Below are positions 10,590-20,894 of a stretch of DNA of 64,000 nucleotides, in pieces. The stretch is from Methanomassiliicoccales archaeon (GTDB lineage: Archaea > Thermoplasmatota > Thermoplasmata > Methanomassiliicoccales > UBA472). The notes under the pieces were generated by a model. That model was given only the letters and a program-made list of their open reading frames with translations, made no database searches and was not told the DNA's origin. The DNA is taken from contig DASXVU010000044.1 in assembly GCA_036504055.1 (NCBI GenBank), positions 8,260-72,259 of the forward strand, in the 5' to 3' direction. How positions within the stretch are numbered: the stretch's first letter is position 1; every line of letters starts with the position of its first letter. The position numbers and the translations under genes are program-made.

Positions 10590-11078
10590 ATGCTCTGCGA
10601 ACTTTGTGGTAAAGAAACGGACAGACTGTTCACCGTCCAAATAGAAAGTACCATTCTCAAGGTCTGCAAGGACTGTTCCAAGTTCGGAGATCAGGCCAAA
10701 GCCGGGGGGAAGGAACCGGCCAACAAGCTGGTCATCGAGAACCGCCTGCAGAACCGTGAAAGGCGCATGAAGACCAAGGACGTTTACGAGCAGCAGGAAG
10801 AGACCATCGAGCTGATCGTCGACTATCCCAAGAGGATCAAGGATACTCGTGAGGCCCTCGGCTGGAAGCAGGAGGAACTTGCCTCCAAGATGGGGGAACG
10901 ATTAAGCATAATCACAAAACTAGAACGAGGCGACATGCGTCCCGACGACTCCCTGATCCACAAGGTCGAGAAGACCCTCGGAATCAAGATAACGGAGCGC
11001 GTGGCCGTTATGAAGCCGGAGAAGGCCGCCGTGTCCAAGGGCGGTATGACCCTTTCGGACTTCATTAAGAAAGGGTGA
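10590..11078 (+). CDS. mbf1: Archaeal multiprotein bridging factor 1 (zinc ribbon + HTH)
   Basis: The N-terminus after the ATG at 10590 is MLCELCGKE...CKDC. The C-terminal cro/C1-type HTH reads LGWKQEELASKMGERLSIITKLERG. Confidence 0.8.
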   Translation: MLCELCGKETDRLFTVQIESTILKVCKDCSKFGDQAKAGGKEPANKLVIENRLQNRERRMKTKDVYEQQEETIELIVDYPKRIKDTREALGWKQEELASKMGERLSIITKLERGDMRPDDSLIHKVEKTLGIKITERVAVMKPEKAAVSKGGMTLSDFIKKG

Positions 11079-11095
11079 TCGAATCCAAACCAATC

Positions 11096-11126
11096 GGTGG
11101 GCGAGGCCGCTCACCTGACTTTTTTA
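11096..11126 (+). terminator. Stem-loop followed by a T-run downstream of mbf1
   Basis: GGTGGGCG-AGGC-CGCTCACC hairpin (one G-T pair) followed by TGACTTTTTT. It lies between convergent genes. Confidence 0.4.
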
Positions 11127-11194
11127 ATTCAATATCGCGATGGTCAGCCAAAGATCAAAAAGAAAAATAGAGAAAAAGGTTTGGGGAACAGGTT

Positions 11195-14100
11195 TTACTT
11201 CTTTCGCCTCAGGAACAGGAAGGCGCCACCTCCCAGTATCGCGACCACCACCACGACGATCCCGGCATAGAGCAATGTGTTGTCAGTGCTGGGCGTTGAG
11301 CTGATGGCATTGGGTATGGCTGTCACTACGCTGGACGCTGTCCCGTTCCCGTTCGTGTTCTTGGCCACAATCTGGTATCCGTAGCTGTGGCCAGGAACGA
11401 CGGCATTGTCGGTATAGGTGGTTGTTGTTCCGATGGTGGTGTTCAACAAGGTCAGCTGGGACCCGTTGTCAGAACGGTACACGTTATAGCCTGTGATCGG
11501 GGAGGCTCCAACGGAGTCCGGTGCATCCCAAATGATCACCACCTTACCAGCCCCCGGCGTCGCTATCACGTTCTTCGGTGCCGACGGCAACGCAAGGTTG
11601 ACGGGTGTCGCCGTGACCTCGTTCGATGGGTTACTGGTCCCGTTCGAGTTCACTGCCTTTACCACATAGTAGTAGGGGATCTGGTTCATGGCCGAACTGT
11701 CGTTGTAGGTCAGTGTCGCAGCGCTCGGACTGGCTATCGGCACGGCCTCCTCTCCCGACGCGGAGGTCCCTCTGTATACCTTATACGACGTGATGACGCT
11801 TCCTCCTGCATTTGACGGAGCTGTCCAGTTCAGAAGGATATATCCGTTGCCAGCAACCGCAGTCAATCCCGTGGGTGGGCTGGGTATCCCTACCACTATC
11901 TCAGCGATGATCACTACCTCGTTCGATTCAGGTCCCAGGCCGCCCGAATTGACCGCCCTCACCTCATAATAGTAGGTGCTTCCGGAAGCAATGTTCACGT
12001 CTATGTAGGTCAAGGTCGTCCCGGTCGTCGAAGCGATCGGGGTGGTCCCTTCTCCTCCTGCCGTCGTCGCCCTAAAGACCCGGTATTCCGTTATCCCGGT
12101 GCCAACGCTCGATGGGGCGCTCCAGTTCAGTATTATCTGGCCTTGCCCAGCAAAGGCTGTCAGGTTCAATGGTGCGGAGGGCGCGGACGGAGCGGGGGCC
12201 ATTCCGACCGCCTCGTTCGAATCCGGGCCGGTTGCGACCGAATTGACCGCCGCCACCTCATAGTAATATGGCAGTCCAGGGGTCACCGTTGTGTCGTTGT
12301 AGGTAAGCGACGTTCCGGACACTGTCTGGAACACTGTGGTCCCTTCTCCGCCAGAGGTCGCTCCCCGGAATATCTTGTAGCTGGTGATCCCCGGGCCCAC
12401 GGTCGCCGGGGCGGTCCAAGACAGGACTATGTAGCCGGTACCGTTGGTGGTAATCAGGTTGATCGGAGCGCTTGGGGCGACATTTGAGGATGTCGTGGTG
12501 GCCTCCGCTATGTTTGATTGCAGAAGCGCATCTCCGTAGTTGTTAGAGACCAGGATATAGTACCCATAGGTACCCGGCGTCAGATTCGTGTCCACAAATG
12601 TCTGCTGTCCCAATCCCGTCGCGACCAGACCGGCGAAGCTCCACGCCGTTCCATTGTACCTGAGGATCTCATAGTACAACAGGTTGGCCGTACCCTGGTA
12701 TGTCGGGTTGCTCCAGGTCAGGGTTACCTGGCCGGTCCCTCCCGTTGCCGAAAGGTCAGTTACCCTCATCGGAACGTCCCCGGTGAAACTCGCGAAGGAC
12801 ATGGCCTCGTTGGAGTGGGCGCTCTCCCCAAACATGTTCCTGACTGACACTGTATAGAAATAATCGACGTCCTCCAAAGCGGTTCCGTCAGAGGCTATCA
12901 GGGTGGTCAAGGACGTACTGCTGAACAATCCGAACAACCCGATCGTGCTCACGTTCTTGATCGGTATTGCTCCTTGGGCACCCGAACTGTTGCCCCGATA
13001 GATCGAATAACCTATGATGGGGTTCGTGCTGGATGCTAACTTCGCATAGAGCCCAACCGATGAACTATCTGGTGTTGCTATCAGACCGGTCGGCGCTGAT
13101 AGCACTGTTCCTACGAACGGTGTCGCGTTAACCTGATTGGAGAACAGGTAGACGTTGCTCAGGTTTGCTCTCACCGTATAATAGTACTTTACGCCATTGG
13201 TCGTGGAGTTGTCATACCAGTAGAATCGAGAATCTACCAGTGAGCTGTTCACGATATTTCCTCTTGCTCCTTCAACGATAGATCGGTAGATGTCGATCCC
13301 TGTCCCATTGAAGATCAGTGACGACCAGACCAGCAGCACTTGGCCGTTGCCAGGATAGGCTGCCGCGAAAGGGGTCGGCGGTTCATAGGCCGGCGTCGCA
13401 TTGGCGATGTTCGAAGGTGCGCTCGGTCCGAAGAGGTTGTTCGAGACCACCTTGTAGTAGTATTTATGGCCATTTATCGCCGTCGAGTCGCTGAAGAAAG
13501 GCAGATAGAAGAACAACGTGCTGACGTTCCCGATATAAGAGAACGAGCCCGATTGTGAGTCGGAACGCAACACAGTATAGTTGGTCAACCCGTGGGAAGA
13601 TGGATTGGCCGGGTTGTCCCAGGACAGGGTCACGCTGTTGTTGGATCCCGATGCGGTCAGGTTCATGGGGCTTCCAGGGATATCCCCGGTACCTCCGATG
13701 AACCTGCTGATCGATGCGTTCGTTGCCCCCCAGGTACTGCTGACGGCCCTCACTGTATAGTTGTAGGTCTTGCCGGGCAGAACATTGGTATCGTGATAGC
13801 CATTTGCCATGGATGGCAATACCGTAAGGTCGGGGAAACCGAATACGCCAGGACTATATACATAGTAAAAGCGAACGGGTGTGCTTCCGGCGTTTGCCGG
13901 GGCGGACCAGTTCAACTGTGTGGCGTACACCTGGTTCAACGCTACTAGGTTCTGGACCGCTCCCGGGGGTGTGGCGCTAGCGACCGGGGTCACAGAAATT
14001 ACGTTCGAATCCGGTGATGCGCCTGCATCACTGTCAGCTGTTATCTTGTAGGTGTATTGGAGACCGTTCAAGACATTGGAATCATTGTAAGGAAGGACAA

Positions 14101-14416
14101 AACCGATCTGGACCGTATCCAGCTTGACGAACACCGTCGTGCTGGATGTGGCATTTCGATAGATGGTATAGTTCTTTATCAAGTCGCTTCCTTGGCTTGC
14201 GGGATGGTCCCACCAAAGCCATACGAACTGGTTTCCGGCATCTGCCACCAGATTGAGCGGTGCTGTCGGTACAGTTGTTCCCAATGCCAAAGCGGAATTA
14301 TTGACATGGGTCGTTTCACGAATCTCATCCGGGACCAGAACCACGCAGGACAATAGCATCATCACTGCGAGTGCGAACCCCAGGCTTCTAGTTGAAATCC
14401 ATTTCTTTATGTTCAT
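11195..14416 (-). CDS. Large cell-surface protein with ~11 fibronectin type III-like repeats and a C-terminal membrane anchor
   Basis: N-terminal signal-like helix. Repeated ~90-aa units of the form P..P.nL.a..g.g.i.L.W..P....g..I..Y.vyR.......yyY.v.A.N..G.g..S. C-terminal hydrophobic helix followed by RRKK. Many N-x-S/T sequons. Confidence 0.8.
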   Translation of the reverse strand: MNIKKWISTRSLGFALAVMMLLSCVVLVPDEIRETTHVNNSALALGTTVPTAPLNLVADAGNQFVWLWWDHPASQGSDLIKNYTIYRNATSSTTVFVKLDTVQIGFVLPYNDSNVLNGLQYTYKITADSDAGASPDSNVISVTPVASATPPGAVQNLVALNQVYATQLNWSAPANAGSTPVRFYYVYSPGVFGFPDLTVLPSMANGYHDTNVLPGKTYNYTVRAVSSTWGATNASISRFIGGTGDIPGSPMNLTASGSNNSVTLSWDNPANPSSHGLTNYTVLRSDSQSGSFSYIGNVSTLFFYLPFFSDSTAINGHKYYYKVVSNNLFGPSAPSNIANATPAYEPPTPFAAAYPGNGQVLLVWSSLIFNGTGIDIYRSIVEGARGNIVNSSLVDSRFYWYDNSTTNGVKYYYTVRANLSNVYLFSNQVNATPFVGTVLSAPTGLIATPDSSSVGLYAKLASSTNPIIGYSIYRGNSSGAQGAIPIKNVSTIGLFGLFSSTSLTTLIASDGTALEDVDYFYTVSVRNMFGESAHSNEAMSFASFTGDVPMRVTDLSATGGTGQVTLTWSNPTYQGTANLLYYEILRYNGTAWSFAGLVATGLGQQTFVDTNLTPGTYGYYILVSNNYGDALLQSNIAEATTTSSNVAPSAPINLITTNGTGYIVLSWTAPATVGPGITSYKIFRGATSGGEGTTVFQTVSGTSLTYNDTTVTPGLPYYYEVAAVNSVATGPDSNEAVGMAPAPSAPSAPLNLTAFAGQGQIILNWSAPSSVGTGITEYRVFRATTAGGEGTTPIASTTGTTLTYIDVNIASGSTYYYEVRAVNSGGLGPESNEVVIIAEIVVGIPSPPTGLTAVAGNGYILLNWTAPSNAGGSVITSYKVYRGTSASGEEAVPIASPSAATLTYNDSSAMNQIPYYYVVKAVNSNGTSNPSNEVTATPVNLALPSAPKNVIATPGAGKVVIIWDAPDSVGASPITGYNVYRSDNGSQLTLLNTTIGTTTTYTDNAVVPGHSYGYQIVAKNTNGNGTASSVVTAIPNAISSTPSTDNTLLYAGIVVVVVAILGGGAFLFLRRKK
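11330..14280 (-). repeat. Tandem FN3-like coding repeats (~270 nt units, diverged)
   Basis: Periodic recurrence of LxWxxP...YxxYR...YYYxVxAxN motifs in the translated protein. Boundaries are approximate. Confidence 0.6.
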
Positions 14417-14782
14417 GAAATTCCCCCCTCTGATTGTTCCTGAATGAATCTTCCATCAGGGTGTAGATTCAATTCACGCCAATCTGATTTAAGATGTTGT
14501 TTTTCATCAAATATTGTGGTCAATATGGTAATATTTGATTGGACATAAACAATTTTTCAAGCTCATTCTCACCCTAACTGGCTAAGGCAAAATTCAGAAC
14601 TAGGGTCAGAAGTATCGCATACTCGGAATTTGAATGGCGGCGATGTTTCGTGTATTTCCGGAGGTATTGGTCAGCGGAAAGGTCTTCTCGATATGACATC
14701 TCGAATCCCAAAAATGAGGGAATCGCATCATATTTTCAAGTGGCCAGGGCTACGGCATCCGAGCTACGAAGGCCCTTTATCA

Positions 14783-15385
14783 TCATTTCAATGCGATCCA
14801 GGCGACCACTCCGCCCTTTCCCCACAGCTTGCGGACCATTTTGAACCCCGCTTTCCGGAGCGATCTCTCCCAATGCTCCACATCCAGTGTGCTGGAAACC
14901 CTTTCTGCCATGACAAAGGCCCCTCCTCGTTCCAAGAAGCGGTGGGTCTTCTGGAGGACCTCTGTCTGTCTTTCCGGGTTCAGCCTTCCAATTCCCATTA
15001 CCGAGATGGTGACGCGGGAACAGGTCTCCGGGAACCGTTCGGCCAGGTCCAGCTGACAGACCTCGAAGAACCCCAGCCTGACCCGTATCCTGAACCGGTC
15101 AAGGCATGAGTATGCCTTGTTCTCATCCTCACCGATGGCCACGAAGTGGCAGAGATCTTCGAACCTTTCCACAAATGGCGCCAACCAGTCCCCGTTAGAG
15201 CAGGAGAGGTCGACGATCTTGCATCTTGGCGTTACCATCGGGAGGGCAACGTCAAAAATCGATCTTTGGAGGGAATAATATTCGGAGGAACCCATGTGTA
15301 TCGCGGCATCTTGCTCGGCCACGTGTGCGCTCATGTTAACGTGCATGGACGACTTTTCGTCCCGGTCTAGGTTCGCTTCGGCCAT
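14783..15385 (-). CDS. Putative class I SAM-dependent methyltransferase
   Basis: Motif I-like IVDLSCSNG. The length (200 aa) and C-terminal beta-strand pattern fit the fold. The assignment is weak. Confidence 0.5.
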   Translation of the reverse strand: MAEANLDRDEKSSMHVNMSAHVAEQDAAIHMGSSEYYSLQRSIFDVALPMVTPRCKIVDLSCSNGDWLAPFVERFEDLCHFVAIGEDENKAYSCLDRFRIRVRLGFFEVCQLDLAERFPETCSRVTISVMGIGRLNPERQTEVLQKTHRFLERGGAFVMAERVSSTLDVEHWERSLRKAGFKMVRKLWGKGGVVAWIALK

Positions 15386-15537
15386 ATTCTACCTCCGTTC
15401 TTATTCGCACTCTATCCGTGCTATGACATGTCATAGCACTCTAGTTATTTATTCCTTTTTGTAACAGAGGACGAACTAGGGAAAAATGGGATTTATAGCC
15501 AGATATTGAAAATATGCCTTTTGAGGAATCAAAAAGT

Positions 15538-16188
15538 TCAGGATTTGACTATCTCTTCCTTTGCCTCTTTGAGGTATTTCGTGATGTCAATACCGTTATC
15601 CCTTGCCACCGCTAGCGCCGCTACGATGGACTCAGTGCCCAATTTCTCTTGGACCTTGTTGATCCTGGCTACGACGTCATTGCGCTTCAGGCCGGACACC
15701 TTTGAAATTTCATCCACCAGTCGGGCGAACAAAGATTGGGGCACCGCGGGGGTCGCGGATTTCGGAGGCGCCTGGGTTGGAAGCAGGGTTGGGCCCATTT
15801 CCGGCTGGACGGCGATCGCCGCAGGGGTGGTGGTCGCAGGTACGTCCGGCCCAGACGAAGATGTCGGTGTCCCCTCGGTGATCAATTCCGACAGGATGGC
15901 CTCGGTCGGCTTGTAGTTCATCGGCACCTCGAACTCGCGATAGTCGAACGTCGGTTTTACCATGCCCTCTTCTTTCTTGAGAAGTCCTTTAGCCAGGCCT
16001 GCATCCATTACCTGCTGGGCCTTTCTGGCGTCCAATTTGAACCCTTCCTTCGTCCCCGAGTAACGGAAATTGAAGATAACGTTGTTGACGAACTCCATCT
16101 CTGACATAACGTTCTTGCCGCCTCTCTTGAAGACGACCGCGATGGTTTTGTCAAGTTCGCCCATGATACTCCTCTGGTTTCCGAACAC
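15538..16188 (-). CDS. Conserved archaeal protein, DUF2240-like
   Basis: The N-terminal domain (FKRGGKNVMSEMEFVNNV...AQQVMDAGLAKGLL) and C-terminal helical domain are separated by a Pro/Thr/Ala linker. This resembles DUF2240 from memory. The start could instead be the Met at 16164. Confidence 0.45.
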   Translation of the reverse strand: MFGNQRSIMGELDKTIAVVFKRGGKNVMSEMEFVNNVIFNFRYSGTKEGFKLDARKAQQVMDAGLAKGLLKKEEGMVKPTFDYREFEVPMNYKPTEAILSELITEGTPTSSSGPDVPATTTPAAIAVQPEMGPTLLPTQAPPKSATPAVPQSLFARLVDEISKVSGLKRNDVVARINKVQEKLGTESIVAALAVARDNGIDITKYLKEAKEEIVKS

Positions 16189-16629
16189 AGGATTTTACTT
16201 AAATGATTATCGACAGTAGTTCTTCCTTCAACAACCCGAATTCGTGACATCGTATCACTGACCGACAAGGGAATCTGCGTCGGTATGGGTAGGCAATGCG
16301 GTCCGATCAGGGCGAAGAGCTTTGTTCAGGTTCTTCCAGACCCGGGGCAAAATTTTCTTGGACGATCGGTCTTCTCTGATGCCAGGACAGGGGCTCTTTA
16401 AGATCGATAGGCCCTGACATGAACAATACCGATCGGGCTCTTTCTTGTCATAGGATGGGAGAAAGGCGAACCTGGTCCATTGTGTCAGGATCACCAAATG
16501 AAGATGATCGTCGACCCCTACGATGATGGCTTAAGACAAAACGATGTCCAGGTTGACCAATACACGATCGCCCATCAATTTTGTCTACTGGTGATAATAT
16601 ATGTGGACAGGGTGCCATCAACATTAGTC

Positions 16630-16637
16630 TTATATAG
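16630..16637 (+). promoter_or_regulatory. Candidate TATA box for the thermosome gene
   Basis: TTATATAG lies ~70 nt upstream of the ATG at 16708. A GGAGGT Shine-Dalgarno sequence at 16695-16700 lies 7 nt upstream of the ATG. Confidence 0.35.
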
Positions 16638-16707
16638 AAGGACAAACATTCCAAGGGCCGTACTAGCATAGCTAGGCGTTAGATTTCAGAACAGGGAGGT
16701 ATGTAAA

Positions 16708-18348
16708 ATGTCAATGGGAAACACACCGATACTCATCCTTAAGGAGGGTACAAAGCGTGACAAGGGTAAGGACGCCCAGTACAACAACATCATGGCCGCC
16801 AGGGCCATCGCTGACGCGGTCCGGAGCACCCTTGGTCCCCGTGGTATGGACAAGATGCTCGTCGACACTTTGGGCGACGTGGTCATCACCAACGACGGAG
16901 TAACCATCTTGAAGGAGATTGATGTCGATCATCCGGCCGCCAAGATGCTGGTCGAGGTCGCCAAGACCCAGGATGAGGAATGCGGAGACGGAACCACGAC
17001 CGCAGTAGTCCTCGCAGGAGAACTATTGAAGAAGGCCATCGACCTGATCGATGCCAACGTTCACCCGACCGTCATCACTCACGGATACAGGCTGGCAGCA
17101 TCCAAGGCCATGGAGGTCCTGGATGCATCCGCCATCGATCTCAAGTTCGACGACCGCGCAACGCTCATCAAGATCGCTCAGACCGCCATGATGTCCAAGT
17201 CCGTGGTCGGCTCGAAGGAACTGATGGCCAATGTCTCGGTCGACGCCGTAAGGAAGGTAGCCGAGAAGGTCGGAAAGAAGTACGTCGTAGACATGGACAA
17301 CATCCAGGTCGTCAAGAAGACCGGCGGATCGATGGAGGACACGATCACCATCGACGGCATCATCGTCGACAAGGAACCGGTCCACCCGGCCATGCCGAAG
17401 AGGGTCGAGAAGGCCAAGATCGCCCTGCTCGACGCCGCTCTCGAGGTCAAGAAGACCGAGGTCGACGCCAAGATCGAGATCACCGACCCGAACCAGATGC
17501 AGGCATTCCTCGATGAGGAAGAGAACATGCTGAAGAAGATGGTCGCCAAGATCAAGGCCACCGGCGCCAACGCAGTATTCTGCCAGAAGGGCGTGGACGA
17601 CCTGGTCCAGCACTACCTCGCCAAGGAAAAGATCTACGCCGTCAGGCGGGTCAAGAAGTCCGACATCGAGAAGCTGGCCAAGGCCACCGGCGCCAACGTC
17701 GTGACCAAGGTCGACGAGCTCGAGGCAGCTGACCTAGGATTCGCTGGTCTCATCGAGGTCAGGAAGATCCAGGACGATGAGATGTCCTTCATCACCGGCT
17801 GCAAGAACCCGAAGGCAGTGTCCGTCCTTATCAGGGGCGGAACCGAACACGTCATCGCCGAGATCGAGAGGTCCCTGGACGACGCCATGAGCGTTGTCGC
17901 CGTGGCCATCGAGGAAGGCAGGATGCTCACCGGCGGCGGTTCGACCGCGGAAGAAGTGGCCATGAAGCTAAGGGCCTATTCGGCATCGGTCGGCGGAAGG
18001 GAGCAGATCGCTATCGACGCGTTCGCCTCCGCAATGGAAGTAGTTCCTACCGCACTGTCGGAGAACGCCGGTCTGGACCCGATCGACATACTGATCGAGC
18101 TCAGGAAGGCGCACAAGAACGGCAAGATCCACGCGGGCGTCAATGTCTTCACCGGACAGGTCGAGGACATGCTGAAGCTCAACGTGCTCGAGCCGTTCTG
18201 CGTCGGCAGGCAGGCCATCAACTCGGCCACGGATGCGGCCGTCATGATCCTCAGGATCGACGACGTCATCGCTTCCAAGGGCGGCCACGCTGGCGGCGGC
18301 ATGCCTGGCGGAATGCCGGGAATGGAAGGCATGGGCGGAGAGGATTAG
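16708..18348 (+). CDS. ths: Thermosome subunit (group II chaperonin)
   Basis: Motifs [16 protein letters not shown] and VDDLVQHYL, with a GGM-rich C-terminal tail. 546 aa. Confidence 0.95.
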   Translation: MSMGNTPILILKEGTKRDKGKDAQYNNIMAARAIADAVRSTLGPRGMDKMLVDTLGDVVITNDGVTILKEIDVDHPAAKMLVEVAKTQDEECGDGTTTAVVLAGELLKKAIDLIDANVHPTVITHGYRLAASKAMEVLDASAIDLKFDDRATLIKIAQTAMMSKSVVGSKELMANVSVDAVRKVAEKVGKKYVVDMDNIQVVKKTGGSMEDTITIDGIIVDKEPVHPAMPKRVEKAKIALLDAALEVKKTEVDAKIEITDPNQMQAFLDEEENMLKKMVAKIKATGANAVFCQKGVDDLVQHYLAKEKIYAVRRVKKSDIEKLAKATGANVVTKVDELEAADLGFAGLIEVRKIQDDEMSFITGCKNPKAVSVLIRGGTEHVIAEIERSLDDAMSVVAVAIEEGRMLTGGGSTAEEVAMKLRAYSASVGGREQIAIDAFASAMEVVPTALSENAGLDPIDILIELRKAHKNGKIHAGVNVFTGQVEDMLKLNVLEPFCVGRQAINSATDAAVMILRIDDVIASKGGHAGGGMPGGMPGMEGMGGED

Positions 18349-18360
18349 ACAAACACCAAA

Positions 18361-18379
18361 GCGGGGGCGATCCCCCCGC
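18361..18379 (+). terminator. GC hairpin after the thermosome gene
   Basis: GCGGGGG-cgatc-CCCCCGC lies 13 nt after the TAG stop. No strong T-run follows, so its function is uncertain. Confidence 0.3.
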
Positions 18380-18432
18380 CAAGAAACCATTTATTACCAG
18401 GTTCTAGTAATCGATGTTTCAGGGTGATCAGG

Positions 18433-18993
18433 ATGAGCGAGGGCGCTGAGGGGAAGGCCTTAGACGAGAAGGCAGAGTCCAAGGATATGAACGAGGAGAA
18501 GGTTCAGATCGAGCAATTGCAGCAGCAGACAGCGGACCTCAGGGACGCCTTGGACAAACAGATGGCCCAGACTCGTGAATACCTCGATGCGGCTAGGCGG
18601 ATAACGGCTGAGTTCGATAATTATCGTAAGCGGGCGGCCAAGGACCGGGAGGAGATCATCAAGTCCTCCAACGACAAACTGATCGCCGAGCTGCTCATCA
18701 TCTACGACGACCTTGAACGGGCATTGGCATCCAATTCCTCAGCGGAGGAGTTCCGGAAGGGAGTCAATCAGATACATCTTAACCTAGGGGCTCTACTGAA
18801 GTCTTACGGACTCAGAGAAATACCAGCAAATGACAAGTTCGACCCGTCGCTGCACGAGGCTTTGAGCATCGGCGAGGGCGAGGACGGCAAGATCCTCGAA
18901 GTGTACCAGAAAGGCTATTGCCTCGGACCCAGGGTCCTGAGGCACTCGAAAGTGAAGGTCGGCATAAAGCCGGAGACGACAAATACAGAGTGA
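18433..18993 (+). CDS. grpE: Nucleotide exchange factor GrpE
   Basis: Coiled-coil N-terminus, FDNYRKR motif, and C-terminal beta domain ([16 protein letters not shown]). A GTG at 18424 is an alternative start. Confidence 0.9.
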   Translation: MSEGAEGKALDEKAESKDMNEEKVQIEQLQQQTADLRDALDKQMAQTREYLDAARRITAEFDNYRKRAAKDREEIIKSSNDKLIAELLIIYDDLERALASNSSAEEFRKGVNQIHLNLGALLKSYGLREIPANDKFDPSLHEALSIGEGEDGKILEVYQKGYCLGPRVLRHSKVKVGIKPETTNTE

Positions 18994-19003
18994 GGTGAAC
19001 AAT

Positions 19004-20878
19004 ATGGCTAAGATCATCGGAATAGACCTAGGAACCAGCAATTCGGCCGCCGCGGTAATGGAAGGCGGAAGGCCAACGATAATACCGAGCGCGGAAGGAA
19101 CGAGCATCGGTGGGAAAGCATTCCCTTCATACGTCGCATTCACAAAGGACGGCCAGCTTCTGGTTGGAGAGCCGGCCAGGCGTCAGGCGGTCACCAACCC
19201 AGAGGGGACCATCGCCGCCATCAAGAGGAAGATGGGTACAGACTACAAGGTCACCATAAGCGGCAAGGACTACACGCCCCAACAGATATCGGCGTTCATC
19301 CTGCAGAAGATCAAGAGGGACGCCGAGGCGTACCTCAATGACACGGTGACCAAGGCGGTCATCACCGTCCCGGCCTATTTTAACGATAACCAGAGGACGG
19401 CAACCAAGGACGCTGGTGCCATCGCCGGTCTGGAGGTCATCAGGATCATCAACGAGCCGACCGCGGCCGCCTTGGCCTATGGTCTGGACAAGCAGAACAC
19501 CTCCCAGAAGATCATGGTCTTCGACCTTGGCGGAGGCACGCTCGATGTCACCATCATGGACTTTTCGGAGGGCGTGTTCGAGGTCGTCTCCACCTCCGGC
19601 GACACCCAGCTAGGAGGCACCGACATGGACGAGATCCTGATGAAGTTCGTCGTCCAGGATTTCAAGAAACAGTCCGGAGTGGACCTGACCTCGGACAAGA
19701 TGGCCATGTGGCGTGTACGGGAAGCCTGTGAGAAGGCCAAAATCGAGCTTTCGACCACGATGTCCACCGAGATCAACCTGCCGTTCATTTCCGCTGACGC
19801 CTCCGGGCCGAAGCACCTTACCCACACCATAACCCGGGCCACGCTGGAAGAGCTGATCAACCCGGTGGTGGAGCGGTGCAAGGTACCGGTTCAGAACGCG
19901 CTCAAGGACGCGAACCTGACCCAAGACCAGATCGACAACGTCATCCTGGTCGGCGGTCCGACCCGCATGCCGCTGGTGCAGAGCTTCATCGAGAAGATGG
20001 TGGGCAAGAAGATCCAGAGGGGTGTCGATCCGATGGAGTGCGTGGCCATGGGGGCCGCGATCCAGGCTGCCGTTCTCTCTGGTGAGGTCAAGGACGTCCT
20101 CCTGCTGGACGTGACGCCGCTCTCCTTGGGCATAGAAACACTTGGCGGAGTCTCGACCAAGCTGATCGAAAGGAACACCACCATCCCGACCCGGAAGTCA
20201 CAGGTGTTCTCGACCGCAGCTGACGGGCAGAACAGCGTGGAGATACATGTCCTGCAGGGCGAGAGGGAGATGGCAGCCAACAACACCTCGTTGGGCAGGT
20301 TCATGCTTTCCGGCATCCCGCCGGCACCAAGGGGCGTCCCGCAGATCGAGGTCACGTTCGATATCGATGCGAACGGCATCATCAACGTCAGCGCCAAGGA
20401 CCTGGGAACGCAGAAGAAGACCGCCATCACCATCACCGCATCTACCAAGCTGTCGAAGGAGGACATCTCCAAGATGGTGCACGATGCGGAAGCGTTCGCC
20501 GAGGATGACAAGAAGAACCGGGAGCGTGTCGATACCATCAACCAGGCGGACAACCTCATCTATACCACCGAACACGCGCTCCAGGAGCTGGGGGCCCAGG
20601 CCACCAACGAGGAGCGGGTCAACGTAGAGAACGCGGTGGCCGAGCTGAAGGGGGAGATCCCGAAGGGCGACACTGCCACGATTAAGGCGAAGATGGAGGC
20701 ACTGTCCAAGATCTTCTATGCCATCTCCGCCCGCGTGTACCAGAACGTGCAGCGGGAACAGCAGGCCGGCCAATCGGGCCAGCAGCCGGGGCAGCAGTCC
20801 GGTCCGTCCAAGCAGAACGAGGACGGGACCATCGACGCGGAATACAAGATAGTCGATGAGGACGAGAAGAAACCCTGA
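19004..20878 (+). CDS. dnaK: Hsp70 chaperone DnaK
   Basis: Motifs [19 protein letters not shown] and [10 protein letters not shown], with a C-terminal lid and Gln/Gly-rich tail. ATG at 19004. Confidence 0.97.
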   Translation: MAKIIGIDLGTSNSAAAVMEGGRPTIIPSAEGTSIGGKAFPSYVAFTKDGQLLVGEPARRQAVTNPEGTIAAIKRKMGTDYKVTISGKDYTPQQISAFILQKIKRDAEAYLNDTVTKAVITVPAYFNDNQRTATKDAGAIAGLEVIRIINEPTAAALAYGLDKQNTSQKIMVFDLGGGTLDVTIMDFSEGVFEVVSTSGDTQLGGTDMDEILMKFVVQDFKKQSGVDLTSDKMAMWRVREACEKAKIELSTTMSTEINLPFISADASGPKHLTHTITRATLEELINPVVERCKVPVQNALKDANLTQDQIDNVILVGGPTRMPLVQSFIEKMVGKKIQRGVDPMECVAMGAAIQAAVLSGEVKDVLLLDVTPLSLGIETLGGVSTKLIERNTTIPTRKSQVFSTAADGQNSVEIHVLQGEREMAANNTSLGRFMLSGIPPAPRGVPQIEVTFDIDANGIINVSAKDLGTQKKTAITITASTKLSKEDISKMVHDAEAFAEDDKKNRERVDTINQADNLIYTTEHALQELGAQATNEERVNVENAVAELKGEIPKGDTATIKAKMEALSKIFYAISARVYQNVQREQQAGQSGQQPGQQSGPSKQNEDGTIDAEYKIVDEDEKKP

Positions 20879-20894
20879 GAAAGTTGAGTCCGAA

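Noticed and set aside
20856-20894. Upstream start for dnaJ copy 1 that overlaps the dnaK 3' end
   Set aside because: The conserved J-domain N-terminus MADKKDYYE begins at the ATG at 20895, exactly as in copy 2. The extension is non-conserved and overlaps the dnaK coding sequence.
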